57,899 nucleotides of DNA from an uncultured Candidatus Peribacteria bacterium (GTDB taxonomy: Bacteria; Patescibacteriota; Gracilibacteria; Peribacterales; Peribacteraceae). The stretch is taken from positions 1 through 57,899 of the forward strand of contig CAZYAK010000003.1 in the NCBI GenBank assembly GCA_964645935.1, written 5' to 3'. The notes under the pieces were generated by a model. The model was not told the origin of the DNA, did not search any database, and was given only the letters and a program-made list of their open reading frames with translations. The translations under genes were made by a program, and so were the position numbers. Below, in pieces: positions 9,241 through 18,154 of this stretch. Numbering within the stretch: the first letter of the stretch is position 1; each line of letters opens with the position of its first letter.

Positions 9241-10002
9241 TCATCGTCTGGAGCCCGCGTATCTCCAAGCCATTTCAAAGATCTGTCGCTGCGTCTCCGC
9301 CACCTCCTTGCTCTCGATGATGACGCCGAACATGTCGGTGTCGCCCGTGAGGCCGGAATCAAAGGAACAAATAGCCACCTTGTGGTCGTAGACGTTGATC
9401 TCGTTGGTAAAATCGAACTCGCTGGCCGGGACCAGGCGGATCTCGCGCATCTTCTTGCGATCCTCGCCGTGCACCTTGCGACCCGCGTCGTCGTCGGGGG
9501 CGATGCCGCGCAGGTGGATCCCCCGCTCCACACGCTTGGCCACGTAGTCCTCGTCGTAGTCGGGCCAGAACCGGCGCACCACGGCGGAGTTGGCGAAGTT
9601 GAGCAGTTCGCTCTTGGCCGTGAGCGTGTCCTCGTACACGGTGCGAACGCCGTCCCACCCCTCAAAGAAGCGCACGTGGGGCTTGCGGTAGCCTGCTCCC
9701 CTCAGAGACCGCAGCTCCGGCAACGAGCGGTGTAGGGCATCGGCGTTCTTGCGCGCCTCGAGCGCCAGGTACTCGGGGGCCACGGGCGCGTACCACTTGG
9801 CGCGGCGCTTCTGCACCACCGTGAACTGCCCCGCGCGCACCAGTTCCTCCAGCATGGAGTAGGCCGTAATGCGGTTGATGGACGTGGTCTTGGCGTACTC
9901 GGAGGCGGGCGCGGTCCCCAGCTGCAACCCCGCGAGGTAGAGCTGCGCCTGCTTCTCGCCGAGGCCGGTGGATTCGAGGATGCGCTGTAAGTCTTTCGCC
10001 AT
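9241..10002 (-). CDS. TrmB-family transcriptional regulator
   Basis: N-terminal winged HTH LGLGEKQAQLYLAGLQLGTAPASEYAKTTSINRITAYSMLEELVRAGQ, typical of TrmB. Confidence 0.75.
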   Translation of the reverse strand: MAKDLQRILESTGLGEKQAQLYLAGLQLGTAPASEYAKTTSINRITAYSMLEELVRAGQFTVVQKRRAKWYAPVAPEYLALEARKNADALHRSLPELRSLRGAGYRKPHVRFFEGWDGVRTVYEDTLTAKSELLNFANSAVVRRFWPDYDEDYVAKRVERGIHLRGIAPDDDAGRKVHGEDRKKMREIRLVPASEFDFTNEINVYDHKVAICSFDSGLTGDTDMFGVIIESKEVAETQRQIFEMAWRYAGSRR

Positions 10003-10284
10003 AGGTGAGGAGGGAGGTCTGCCCGGCGTAGCTCAGCAGAGCGAAGTCGGGTCTTTGGCCATGGAACGGACGAGTGACAACGTGTAATGGAAGCCGACGC
10101 GGCATCGCAGATACGCCGCCCGGAAACCCTAGCTCCACCCGTGCGGGGATCCGAAGGCGGATGACTGCGACTCATGGTGTTGTTACAAAAATGAACAGTG
10201 CAACGATTGTGCGCAACGAACGCTGGCGGCCCGACGAGCGCCCTCGGTACAAGCGCGTTGATCGATCTCTTTCCCCCCCACCGT

Positions 10285-11781
10285 ATGAACCCCGCAACCG
10301 CCAAGACACTGGAAGAGAGCCTCCTGCGCATCCCCCGCCCGCACGCCGGTGAGGATCTCACGTTTACGCCCAAGATGCAGACGGCCAAGGACGTGGTCGA
10401 GTTTGCCAAGAAGCACGAGGCCACGGTCCTGGATCTCACGTTCGTGGATGTGCCGGGCACACTGCAGCATACGAGCAAGCCCATCCACGAGCTGGAGGAC
10501 GTGCTCGAGGGCGGAGCCGGGTTCGACGGCAGCTCCATCCGCGGCTTCAAGCAGATCCACGAGTCGGACATGCTCCTGATGCCCGACCCGACCTCCGCGG
10601 TATTGGATGTCTTTCAGTCCGAGCAGACGCTCTCCGTCCTGTGCGACGTGCGCGAGCCCACGTCCGGCGAGCTCTACGGCTCCAGCCCCCGCACCATCGC
10701 CAAACGCGCGGTGCAGTACCTCAAAGACAGCAACGTCGCCGACTGCGCGTACTTCGGCCCGGAGGCCGAGTTCTTCATCTTCGATGACGTGCGCTACGAG
10801 ATGAGCGCCAACGGCGCCATGTACTCCGTGGATTCCAACGAGGCCGTGTGGAATACCGGCCGTAAGGAAGAGGGCGGGAACCTTGGCTACAAGATCCGCC
10901 ACAAGGAAGGGTACTTCCCGGTGTCACCCGCCGATTCCCAGCAGGACATCCGTGCCACGATGGTGCGCGAGATGGAGCGCATGGGCATCAAGATCGAGAC
11001 CTTCCACCACGAAGTGGCCACCGCGGGGCAGGCCGAGATCGACATGGAGCGTGATGAGCTCCTGCCCATGGCCGACAAGCTGATCCGCTACAAGTACGTG
11101 GTCCGGAACGTCGCCAAGCGCTTCGGCAAGACCGCCACCTTCATGCCCAAGCCCATCTACGGCGACAACGGCTCGGGCATGCATGTGCACCAGAGCCTCT
11201 GGCTCAACGGCAAGCCGCTCTTCGCAGGCACCGAGTACGCCGGCCTCTCCACGATGGCGCTGCAGTACATCGCCGGTCTGCTCAAGCACGCGGGCGCCCT
11301 GTGCGCCCTCTGCAACCCCACCACCAACAGCTACAAGCGCCTGGTACCGGGGTTCGAGGCACCGGTAAACCTGATCTACTCCGCCCGCAACCGCTCAGCC
11401 GCCATCCGCATCCCCATGTATTCGCAGAACCCCAAGGCCAAGCGCGTGGAGTTCCGCATGCCGGACCCCGTGTGCAACCCGTACCTCGCCTTCTCGGCCC
11501 TGCTCCTCGCAGGGATGGATGGCATCGAGAACGGCCTGGAGCCCGGAGCCCACACCGACGAAAACCTCTACGCCATGGACGCAGGCAAACTCGCCAAGAT
11601 CCAACACGCCCCGGCCACGCTGGCCGACGCGCTGGATGCGCTGGAGGCCGACCACGCCTTCCTCACCAAGAGCGGCGTGTTCACCGAGGAGTTCCTCGCC
11701 GGGTACATCGCCTCCAAGCGCGAGGAGGCCGTGGACATGCGCCCGACGCCCACCGAGTTCTTCCGCTACTTCGACGCCTGA
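10285..11781 (+). CDS. glnA: glutamine synthetase type I
   Basis: Full-length GS-I signatures (FDGSSIRGF, GSGMHVHQSLW, NPYLAFSALLLAGMDG). Start at MNPATAKT. Confidence 0.95.
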   Translation: MNPATAKTLEESLLRIPRPHAGEDLTFTPKMQTAKDVVEFAKKHEATVLDLTFVDVPGTLQHTSKPIHELEDVLEGGAGFDGSSIRGFKQIHESDMLLMPDPTSAVLDVFQSEQTLSVLCDVREPTSGELYGSSPRTIAKRAVQYLKDSNVADCAYFGPEAEFFIFDDVRYEMSANGAMYSVDSNEAVWNTGRKEEGGNLGYKIRHKEGYFPVSPADSQQDIRATMVREMERMGIKIETFHHEVATAGQAEIDMERDELLPMADKLIRYKYVVRNVAKRFGKTATFMPKPIYGDNGSGMHVHQSLWLNGKPLFAGTEYAGLSTMALQYIAGLLKHAGALCALCNPTTNSYKRLVPGFEAPVNLIYSARNRSAAIRIPMYSQNPKAKRVEFRMPDPVCNPYLAFSALLLAGMDGIENGLEPGAHTDENLYAMDAGKLAKIQHAPATLADALDALEADHAFLTKSGVFTEEFLAGYIASKREEAVDMRPTPTEFFRYFDA

Positions 11782-11794
11782 GCCTTCCCAAAGC

Positions 11795-11824
11795 CCCCGC
11801 GGAGATCGTGCGGTCTCCGCGGGG
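11795..11824 (+). other. 11-bp perfect hairpin between glnA and amt (no U tract)
   Basis: CCCCGCGGAGA-TCGTGCGG-TCTCCGCGGGG. Confidence 0.6.
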
Positions 11825-11856
11825 ACACCCGGTCCCCTTCCTTTCCCTCAATCCCC

Positions 11857-13065
11857 ATGGAGATCAATTCCGGCGACACCGCGTTCGTGCTGCTCTCGGC
11901 CGCGCTCGTCGCCATCATGACCCCGGGTCTCGCCTTCTTCTACGGCGGCCTGGTCCGGCACAAGAACGTCCTCACCATCATGATGCAGAGCTTCATCTCG
12001 ATGGGCGTGGTCACGGTGCTGTGGGCGCTCATCACCTTCTCGCTCGCCTTCGGCACGGACATCGGCGGCGTGATCGGCGGCCTGGACTTCGCGCTCCTCA
12101 AGGGCGTGGGCCTCGCGGCGCACCCCGTCTACGGCGTGGACATCCCCTTCTCCGCGTTCTTCGTGTTCCAGATGATGTTCGCCATCATCACGCCCGCGCT
12201 CATCACGGGGGCCTTCACCGAGCGCATGAACTTCAAGGCGTACCTCGTGTTCCTCGTCATCTGGAGCGTGCTCGTGTACGCGCCGCTGGCGCACTGGGTG
12301 TGGGGCGGCGGCTTCATCGCGAAGATGGGCGCCATCGACTTCGCCGGCGGCACCGTGGTGCACATCAGCGCGGGCATGGCGGCGCTCGCGTCGGTCTTCG
12401 TGCTGGGCAAGCGCCGGAACACGGAGCACCTGCCGCACAACATCCCGTACGTCGCGCTCGGCACCGGCCTGCTCTGGTTCGGGTGGTACGGCTTCAACGC
12501 CGGGAGCGCGCTCGGCGCCAACGCGCAGGCGGCGCTCGCCTTCGCCAATACGGACATCGCGGCCTCCGTGGGCATGGTCACGTGGCTCGTGCTCTCGTGG
12601 ATGATCGACGGACGCCCCAGCATGGTGGGCGCGCTCACGGGCGTGCTGGCGGGCCTCGTAGCCGTCACGCCGGCGGCCGGGTTCATCGAGCCGTGGGCCG
12701 CGTTCCCCATCGGCATCATCGCCTCCATCGTGTGCTTCTCCGCGGTGAAGTTCCGCATGCGCATGGGATGGGACGACGCGCTCGACGTGTGGGGCTGCCA
12801 CGGCGTGGGCGGCATCGTGGGATCGCTGCTCACGGGCGTGTTCGCCTCCGGCAAGATCAGCGGGGTCTCCGGATTGATCGAGGGCAACGTCACACAGTTC
12901 CTCGCTAACGTGTACGCCACGGCCATCGCCATGGCATTCGGCTTTGTGATGACCTACGGCATCCTCCGCATCCTCAAGGCCTTCATGCACGTGGGCGCCG
13001 AGCCCAAGGAGGACGATCAGGGACTGGACCGCATGCTGCACGGGGAGGAGGCGTACGCATTCTGA
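11857..13065 (+). CDS. amt: ammonium transporter
   Basis: MEINSGDTAFVLLSAALVAIMTPGLAFFYGGLV... is the canonical Amt N-terminus. Multi-TM, 402 aa. Confidence 0.95.
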   Translation: MEINSGDTAFVLLSAALVAIMTPGLAFFYGGLVRHKNVLTIMMQSFISMGVVTVLWALITFSLAFGTDIGGVIGGLDFALLKGVGLAAHPVYGVDIPFSAFFVFQMMFAIITPALITGAFTERMNFKAYLVFLVIWSVLVYAPLAHWVWGGGFIAKMGAIDFAGGTVVHISAGMAALASVFVLGKRRNTEHLPHNIPYVALGTGLLWFGWYGFNAGSALGANAQAALAFANTDIAASVGMVTWLVLSWMIDGRPSMVGALTGVLAGLVAVTPAAGFIEPWAAFPIGIIASIVCFSAVKFRMRMGWDDALDVWGCHGVGGIVGSLLTGVFASGKISGVSGLIEGNVTQFLANVYATAIAMAFGFVMTYGILRILKAFMHVGAEPKEDDQGLDRMLHGEEAYAF

Positions 13066-13139
13066 TTCCGACACGTCCGCCCGAGAGACGGACAGGCCAG
13101 AGACGATCTGCGGACCGGGGGGTCCGCGTTCGTCGTGTC

Positions 13140-13164
13140 AAAAAAAGCGGGCCCGGAGGCCCGC
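13140..13164 (-). terminator. rho-independent terminator of the 13188 gene
   Basis: Minus strand: GCGGGCC-UCCG-GGCCCGC followed by U7. A second hairpin at 13110-13127 may serve amt. Confidence 0.8.
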
Positions 13165-13187
13165 TCTGTCGCACGAGAGACGACTGC

Positions 13188-13760
13188 TCAGTCGATACTG
13201 TTGACGGCGTACGTGGAGCTCGCGCGGGCGCGGGTGGCCCAGTGGATCTTGCCGCGCTTCTCGCGCAGACCCACGGCGTCGATCTCGTTCCAGCCGGCGA
13301 CATCCTTGGAGGCGAAGTACAGCTTCACGCGGCGGACGGGGAAGTGCACATCCACGGGGATGACGGCAATTCCGTGCCCCTCGCCGACGCCCACGGGGTC
13401 GGTACCACTCCACACCTCCACTTCCTTTGTGCCGTCCATCACCGTCACGCGCGTGAGGGCGCCGGTGTTGTACGACTCGTGCACGATGACTTCCTTGGCA
13501 TCAAAGGCCTTGGCGTAGGTAAGGAGGAGCCATTCGTCCTGATCATCTTCCGTGAGGGAGGCCCAGGCCGTGGGCAGGTCGCCCGACACGGGAGTGTTGG
13601 GAAGGCCCGTGGCCTGCTCGGCGCCCCAGGCGCAGAAGCCCATCTGAAACCACGTGGGGCTGCCGTTGTCGCCGGGGGCGGGCGCATCGCCGCACGCGAA
13701 CGCGGAGGACGGCACAGCTGCGAGGGAGACGAGGACAGTGGCGAGAACGACACGGTTCAT
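13188..13760 (-). CDS. secreted hypothetical protein
   Basis: Start at MNRVVLATVLVSLAAVPSSAFA (signal peptide). High GC3. Confidence 0.6.
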   Translation of the reverse strand: MNRVVLATVLVSLAAVPSSAFACGDAPAPGDNGSPTWFQMGFCAWGAEQATGLPNTPVSGDLPTAWASLTEDDQDEWLLLTYAKAFDAKEVIVHESYNTGALTRVTVMDGTKEVEVWSGTDPVGVGEGHGIAVIPVDVHFPVRRVKLYFASKDVAGWNEIDAVGLREKRGKIHWATRARASSTYAVNSID

Positions 13761-14034
13761 GGGGAGGGCGAAAAAAGTGAGGAGGTCACTGTACCGCATG
13801 CGTCAATACCCGCCAGCCCCACCGACTTCCGACCGATTCTTGTTTCTCAAGAAGGCAGGAGCGAATTCTGGCCGTTTACCGGGGAACACACTGTAATCAC
13901 TCGTTCGAGTATTGCGCTCGGGCAGGCTCGTTGGAACACGCGTCATCCGGGCCAGACCCGCTCCGTCATCTGTGACGGCGCGGCTGCTGGTCCGGCCAGC
14001 AGCATGGAGGTATTCGCCCAGGAGAAAACGAATC

Positions 14035-14415
14035 ATGATCGAGACCAAAACCATGAAGATCCAGGTGCAAGCCGTCCGCCCGGACGGCCTCGCGGAAGAG
14101 GCCGTGCTGCAGCCCATGCAGGAAGTGGACTGCCACATGGTCATCACCGACCCCGACCGCTCGCTGCGCGTCCGCGTCACTCGCGTGTGCGAGATCGAGG
14201 AGCAACGCTCCTGGATCGGACGCCTGGAGATCCTCGCCAGCCAGGACTGGCGCTGGACGACCCGCTCACGCCCGCGGCTCATCGCCGAAGGGGCCTCCCG
14301 CGGATTCGTCATCCGGAAGCAAGGCCGCATCCGCGTGCGGCTCGCGCTGGTCGCGCCGGAGGACGAGCGGGAAGAGCGCGTCCGCAATGTGGATATCCTG
14401 TGGCTGCTGCCGTGA
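14035..14415 (+). CDS. hypothetical protein (126 aa)
   Basis: ORF 13912..14415 trimmed to MIETKTMKIQ. Strong GC3 bias in this frame. Confidence 0.6.
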   Translation: MIETKTMKIQVQAVRPDGLAEEAVLQPMQEVDCHMVITDPDRSLRVRVTRVCEIEEQRSWIGRLEILASQDWRWTTRSRPRLIAEGASRGFVIRKQGRIRVRLALVAPEDEREERVRNVDILWLLP

Positions 14416-14458
14416 TCCCGCGAGCAACCGGTTCCTCTTGGAGCCGGTTCTTTTGTGC

Positions 14459-14713
14459 ATGCTGCACGCGATGGACCCCGGACCCGACCCCGCGCAGGCG
14501 GACGACCGCTGCACCGTCTGCGGCGGCACGCTCATCGACCGGAAGCTGAAGCGCACGTGCGTCCGGTGCGGGCAGTTGTGCGAGACGTGCTGCGACGGGG
14601 GGCATCCATGTTTCGTGTTTGACAAATATATATTTAATAGTATAATAATACCAATACCCTCCCCATCCCTCATATGTCCTTGCAAAAACTTGAACGCGAA
14701 ATGGCGATGCTGA
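14459..14713 (+). CDS. possible small Cys-rich (zinc-ribbon-like) protein
   Basis: CTVCGG...CVRCGQLCETCC pattern with high GC3 for the first ~50 codons. The tail runs through the AT-rich promoter and overlaps the next gene. Confidence 0.3.
   Translation: MLHAMDPGPDPAQADDRCTVCGGTLIDRKLKRTCVRCGQLCETCCDGGHPCFVFDKYIFNSIIIPIPSPSLICPCKNLNAKWRC
14619..14646 (+). promoter_or_regulatory. near-consensus sigma-70 promoter (TTGACA-16 nt-TATAAT)
   Basis: TTGACA at 14619-14624 and TATAAT at 14641-14646, ~28 nt upstream of the ATG at 14674. AT-rich island. Confidence 0.7.
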
Positions 14714-15042
14714 GCAAAGCACTGCCTCCGGATGAGAAGAAGCTGGTCATGGGTTTGGGCGCCGAGCAGCGCAACAAGGGCACGAGCTATCTCAAGGATG
14801 ATGAGGAGCGTAAGACGGCAGAGCGGTTGGTGGCGACCAAGGATGAGGCGCGCGCGCTCCTAGCCAAATACCTAGAATACCACGATGCCGCCACCGGCGG
14901 AGAGTCCGAGCGCTTGGCGCTCCAACGTGAGCAAGCGGCCGATCCAGGGGTGCGTGGCGGCAAAAGCGTGGATATCGGCAGCGGTGACGCAGTGTTTCCG
15001 AACACGGATGGGGATTCGCTGATGCAAGACCGCTTCAACTGA
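14674..15042 (+). CDS. hypothetical protein (122 aa)
   Basis: ORF downstream of the consensus promoter. Short C-rich leader CCCTCCCCATCCCTCAT before the ATG. Confidence 0.65.
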   Translation: MSLQKLEREMAMLSKALPPDEKKLVMGLGAEQRNKGTSYLKDDEERKTAERLVATKDEARALLAKYLEYHDAATGGESERLALQREQAADPGVRGGKSVDIGSGDAVFPNTDGDSLMQDRFN

Positions 15043-15046
15043 GCGC

Positions 15047-15703
15047 CTATGCCTTCGCCTGGTCCTCCCGCCCCATCGTCAGGGACGAGGGGCAGGCCTT
15101 GGCAAAGGGACAGGCTTCGCACCGGCGGTTGCGGGCGGTGCAGAGGCTCCGCCCGTGGCTGATGAGCAGCGTGTGCAGTTCGCCCCACTCCTCGCGCGGG
15201 GTCTGTTCCATCAGATCCCTCTCAATCTTCTCTTGTGTCTTCGCCACGGTGAGCCCCAGCCGCTTGCTCACGCGCCACACGTGCGTGTCCACCGCGATCC
15301 CCTGCTGCTGGCCGAACGCCGCGTACAGCACCACCGTGGCGGTCTTGCGGCCCACGCCCGGGAAGGCCGTGAGCTCCTCCATGGTCTCGGGGACCTTGCC
15401 GCCGTGGCGCTCCAGGATCATCCGCGAGGTCTCGCGCAGATACTTGGCCTTGATACGATAGTGGCCAGAGGAGCGGATGTCCTGCTGCAGCTCCTCTTCC
15501 GGCACAGACAGGATGTCGGCGGGGCCGGGATACTTCCGGAAGAGGCGCGGCGTGATGCTGTTGATCATCTTGTCCGTGCACTGGGCGCTGAGGATGGTGG
15601 CGAGGAGGAGGTGGAACGGCGTGTCGAAATCCAAGAAGGTGCGCGGCGGCACGTGGGCGCTGCGGAGCTCTCGGAGCACGGTGGGGACGGGGACCTTCTT
15701 CAT
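15047..15703 (-). CDS. nth: endonuclease III
   Basis: HhH-GPD motif (LTAFPGVGRKTATVVL) and C-terminal 4Fe-4S cluster loop CTARNRRCEACPFAKAC. Start at MKKVPVP. Confidence 0.92.
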   Translation of the reverse strand: MKKVPVPTVLRELRSAHVPPRTFLDFDTPFHLLLATILSAQCTDKMINSITPRLFRKYPGPADILSVPEEELQQDIRSSGHYRIKAKYLRETSRMILERHGGKVPETMEELTAFPGVGRKTATVVLYAAFGQQQGIAVDTHVWRVSKRLGLTVAKTQEKIERDLMEQTPREEWGELHTLLISHGRSLCTARNRRCEACPFAKACPSSLTMGREDQAKA

Positions 15704-15834
15704 CGGGAGTGTCAATCCAGCATGCGATCCCGTCGGGCGGAAGGCAAATCCTCCGCAGGCGATTCCCACCGCACCGCAATTCGTCCGCCGGACAATGCCC
15801 ATCGCCACCGGAGCCCGTGCTATCGTCGGCCCCC

Positions 15835-16419
15835 ATGACGACCCTCCCGCCGCTCACGTTCTTCGACCTGGAGACCACCGGACTCGACCCCCGGAAGGGC
15901 CACCGCATTATCGAAATCGCGGGGATTCGCATCGAAGACGGCAAGATCCTGGAGGAGCGCAATTTCGTGTCGATGGTCAACCCCGAGCGCGACATCCCCT
16001 GGGAGGCGCGCCAGGTAAACAAGATCTCCGAAGAGCAGGTGAAGGACGCTCCCACCATCGACGCCGTGCTGCCGCAGTTCCTGGAGTTCGCCCGGGGCAC
16101 ATCGCTCGTGGCGCACAACGCGGCGTTCGACTACGGGTTCCTCCAGGTGGAAAAAGAGTACTGCTGGGGCTACGTAGAGCTACCTGAGTGCTTCTGCTCC
16201 ATGCTGCTCTCCCGCTCGCTCTACCCCACGGAGTTCCGCCACTCGCTGGATGTGCTCTGCAAGAAGTTCGATCTGACCATGCCCGCGGAGCGCCACCGCG
16301 CGCTCGCCGACACCGTGCTGGCCGCACAGGCGTTTATGAAGATGCTGGAACTCAACAACATCACGAAACTCGAGAGTCTTCGGAAGCGCTGCGCGTTGCC
16401 GCAGCTGGCGAAGGCGTAG
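15835..16419 (+). CDS. DnaQ/DEDDh-family 3'-5' exonuclease
   Basis: Exo motifs FFDLETTGL, HNAAFD and HRALADTVL. Start at MTTLPPLT. Confidence 0.85.
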   Translation: MTTLPPLTFFDLETTGLDPRKGHRIIEIAGIRIEDGKILEERNFVSMVNPERDIPWEARQVNKISEEQVKDAPTIDAVLPQFLEFARGTSLVAHNAAFDYGFLQVEKEYCWGYVELPECFCSMLLSRSLYPTEFRHSLDVLCKKFDLTMPAERHRALADTVLAAQAFMKMLELNNITKLESLRKRCALPQLAKA

Positions 16420-16423
16420 ATGA

Positions 16424-16522
16424 GGAGTTAGGCCGTAGGCTTTAGGTTGTAGACCGGCAGCAAGGGCAGGTGCCCCGGAGAAAGGCAGCACTACCACCTA
16501 CACCCTAACCCCTAAGGCCTGC
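16424..16522. repeat. imperfect long inverted repeat (about 19 of 24 bp paired, by hand count) in the dnaQ-def spacer
   Basis: GTTAGGCCGTAGGCTTTAGGTTGTAG ... CTACACCCTAACCCCTAAGGCCTG. Confidence 0.45.
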
Positions 16523-16593
16523 CCAGGGCTTGCCCTAGACAATTTTCCGCCCTCCCCCTGGTCCGCCGCGGCCCCCTTCTTTACCATTCGCGC

Positions 16594-17076
16594 GTGCCCG
16601 CCCTGCCCATCCTCACCGGCGCCGACAATCCCATCCTGCGGAAGAAGACCGAGAAGGTCCCCCAGGTCACCAAAAAAGTGCAGAAGCTCATCCGCGATAT
16701 GAAAGCGAGCATGAAAGCCGCTAAGGGCGTGGGTCTCGCCGCGCCGCAGGTGGGCGAGAGCCTGCGCATCTGCATCGGCCGTGTGAACGGCAAGGATACG
16801 CCGCTCATCAACCCCGAAATCACGTGGAAGAGTGACGAGAAGGCCATCGACGAAGAGGGCTGCCTGAGTCTCCCCAACACCTGGCTCCAGATCCCCCGGT
16901 CAGTGGAGATCGCCCTCACGTACCTGGACGACAAGGGCGTGCGGCAGGAGCGCCGCCTCCGGGACTTCGACGCGCGCGTGGTGCAGCACGAGGTGGACCA
17001 CCTGGACGGCATCCTCATCGTGGATTACGCCATTCCCACGGCGCTGCCGGTGCGCGCACACCACGAGCAGCTCTGA
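16594..17076 (+). CDS. def: peptide deformylase
   Basis: GVGLAAPQVG, EGCLSLP and QHEVDHLDG motifs. Confidence 0.95.
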   Translation: MPALPILTGADNPILRKKTEKVPQVTKKVQKLIRDMKASMKAAKGVGLAAPQVGESLRICIGRVNGKDTPLINPEITWKSDEKAIDEEGCLSLPNTWLQIPRSVEIALTYLDDKGVRQERRLRDFDARVVQHEVDHLDGILIVDYAIPTALPVRAHHEQL

Positions 17077-17079
17077 GGG

Positions 17080-17457
17080 TCAGCCGAGGAGCTCCTTCAG
17101 GCGCGTGATCGCGTTGCGCAGGATCCGGTCCATCTGCCCCACCGTCTCGCCGCGGCCGCGGGTTTCGGCCGTCTCGCGGAGCGTCCGGCCTTGGCGGCGC
17201 GCTTCCAGCAGCTCGCGCTGGTCCGGGTCCAGCTGCGCGATGGCTTCCTCCAGGCGTTGGCGCTCCTCGGCGTCCAGCGCGTCCTCCGGCGGGACGAAGC
17301 GCCCCGAGAGCGCCTGGGCGACGGCCGCGCCGCCGCGCCGGAGCAACGCGTCGAAGGCCGCCTGCTTCTCGGCGCCGGCGCCCGTGCCACGCAGCACCGT
17401 GACGGCATCGGTCACGGGCGGCCCGGCGGAGGGAGGGGTCTCGGCGGTCACGGTCAC
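17080..17457 (-). CDS. truncated sigma-like protein (region 2.1-like start plus region 4 only, 125 aa)
   Basis: LDPDQRELLEARRQGRTLRETAETRGRGETVGQMDRILRNAITRLKELL resembles sigma-70 region 4. Regions 2.2-2.4 are absent. The GTG start overlaps the upstream sigma stop (GTGA). Confidence 0.6.
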   Translation of the reverse strand: MTVTAETPPSAGPPVTDAVTVLRGTGAGAEKQAAFDALLRRGGAAVAQALSGRFVPPEDALDAEERQRLEEAIAQLDPDQRELLEARRQGRTLRETAETRGRGETVGQMDRILRNAITRLKELLG

Positions 17458-18083
17458 GGCAGGAACGCGTCGAGGTCGATCTCCCGTTCCCGGCTGAGCT
17501 TGCTGATGACGGACTTCAAGCGGCGGCGCGCGTCGTGCAGGCGCCGCTTCACCGTGCCGAGGGGCACGTTCACCGCGGGGTCCGTCTCGTTTGCCGGCGT
17601 GCCGAGTGCACGCTGCATCTGCTTCAGGCTCATCCCGCTGAAGTAGAACAGGTCGATGACCTGGGCATCGATGGGCCGCAGGAGCGCGATGACGCGATCC
17701 AGGACATTCTGCACCTCATCCTGCACCAGCTCCGCCTCCGGGGAGGCTTCCGGCGAGGGCACGGTGTCGAGGTCGCAGGCCTCCGTGCGCATGCACAGGG
17801 ACTTGCTGCCCGCCTTCGTCAGCTCGTTGAGCGCCATGTTCCGGGCGATCCTGCAGATCCAGCTACGAAATGCGCCTTCTTCCCGCAGCTGGCCAAACTT
17901 GCGCAGCGCCTGCATCGCCACCAGCGACGCCAGGTCCTCGGCGTCATGCCGGTCGCGCAGCAGGGCGAGGAGGAGGTTGAACACCTGTCTCCGGGAGCCC
18001 TCGTAGAGCTCCAGGAACCGCGCGGCGTCTGGCGCCGCGGGGGTCTCGAGCCGCGGCTCGTCGAGGCAGTCGGGAGTGTGCAT
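17454..18083 (-). CDS. ECF-type sigma-70 family factor, paralogue 1
   Basis: Region 2 (FLELYEG...DAEDLASLVAMQALRKF...FRSWICRIARNMALN) and region 4 (...GTVKRRLHDARRRL). Start at MHTPDC, preceded by CCCTCCCCATCCGCCC. Confidence 0.85.
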   Translation of the reverse strand: MHTPDCLDEPRLETPAAPDAARFLELYEGSRRQVFNLLLALLRDRHDAEDLASLVAMQALRKFGQLREEGAFRSWICRIARNMALNELTKAGSKSLCMRTEACDLDTVPSPEASPEAELVQDEVQNVLDRVIALLRPIDAQVIDLFYFSGMSLKQMQRALGTPANETDPAVNVPLGTVKRRLHDARRRLKSVISKLSREREIDLDAFLP

Positions 18084-18154
18084 GGGCGGATGGGGAGGGT
18101 CTCGGGGAACGTGTCCCCTTCTTGCTGCTGCGAACGGGATCACGGCCGGCAGGG

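Noticed and set aside
10021-10100. GCGTAGCTCAGCAGAGCG resembling a tRNA acceptor/D-arm in the trmB-glnA spacer
   Set aside because: The D-loop would be only 4 nt, and no anticodon or T arm can be folded downstream. No cloverleaf forms.
16497-16522. CCCTAACCCCTAA as telomere-like repeats
   Set aside because: There are only two degenerate units, and they form one arm of an ordinary imperfect inverted repeat in a bacterial intergenic spacer.
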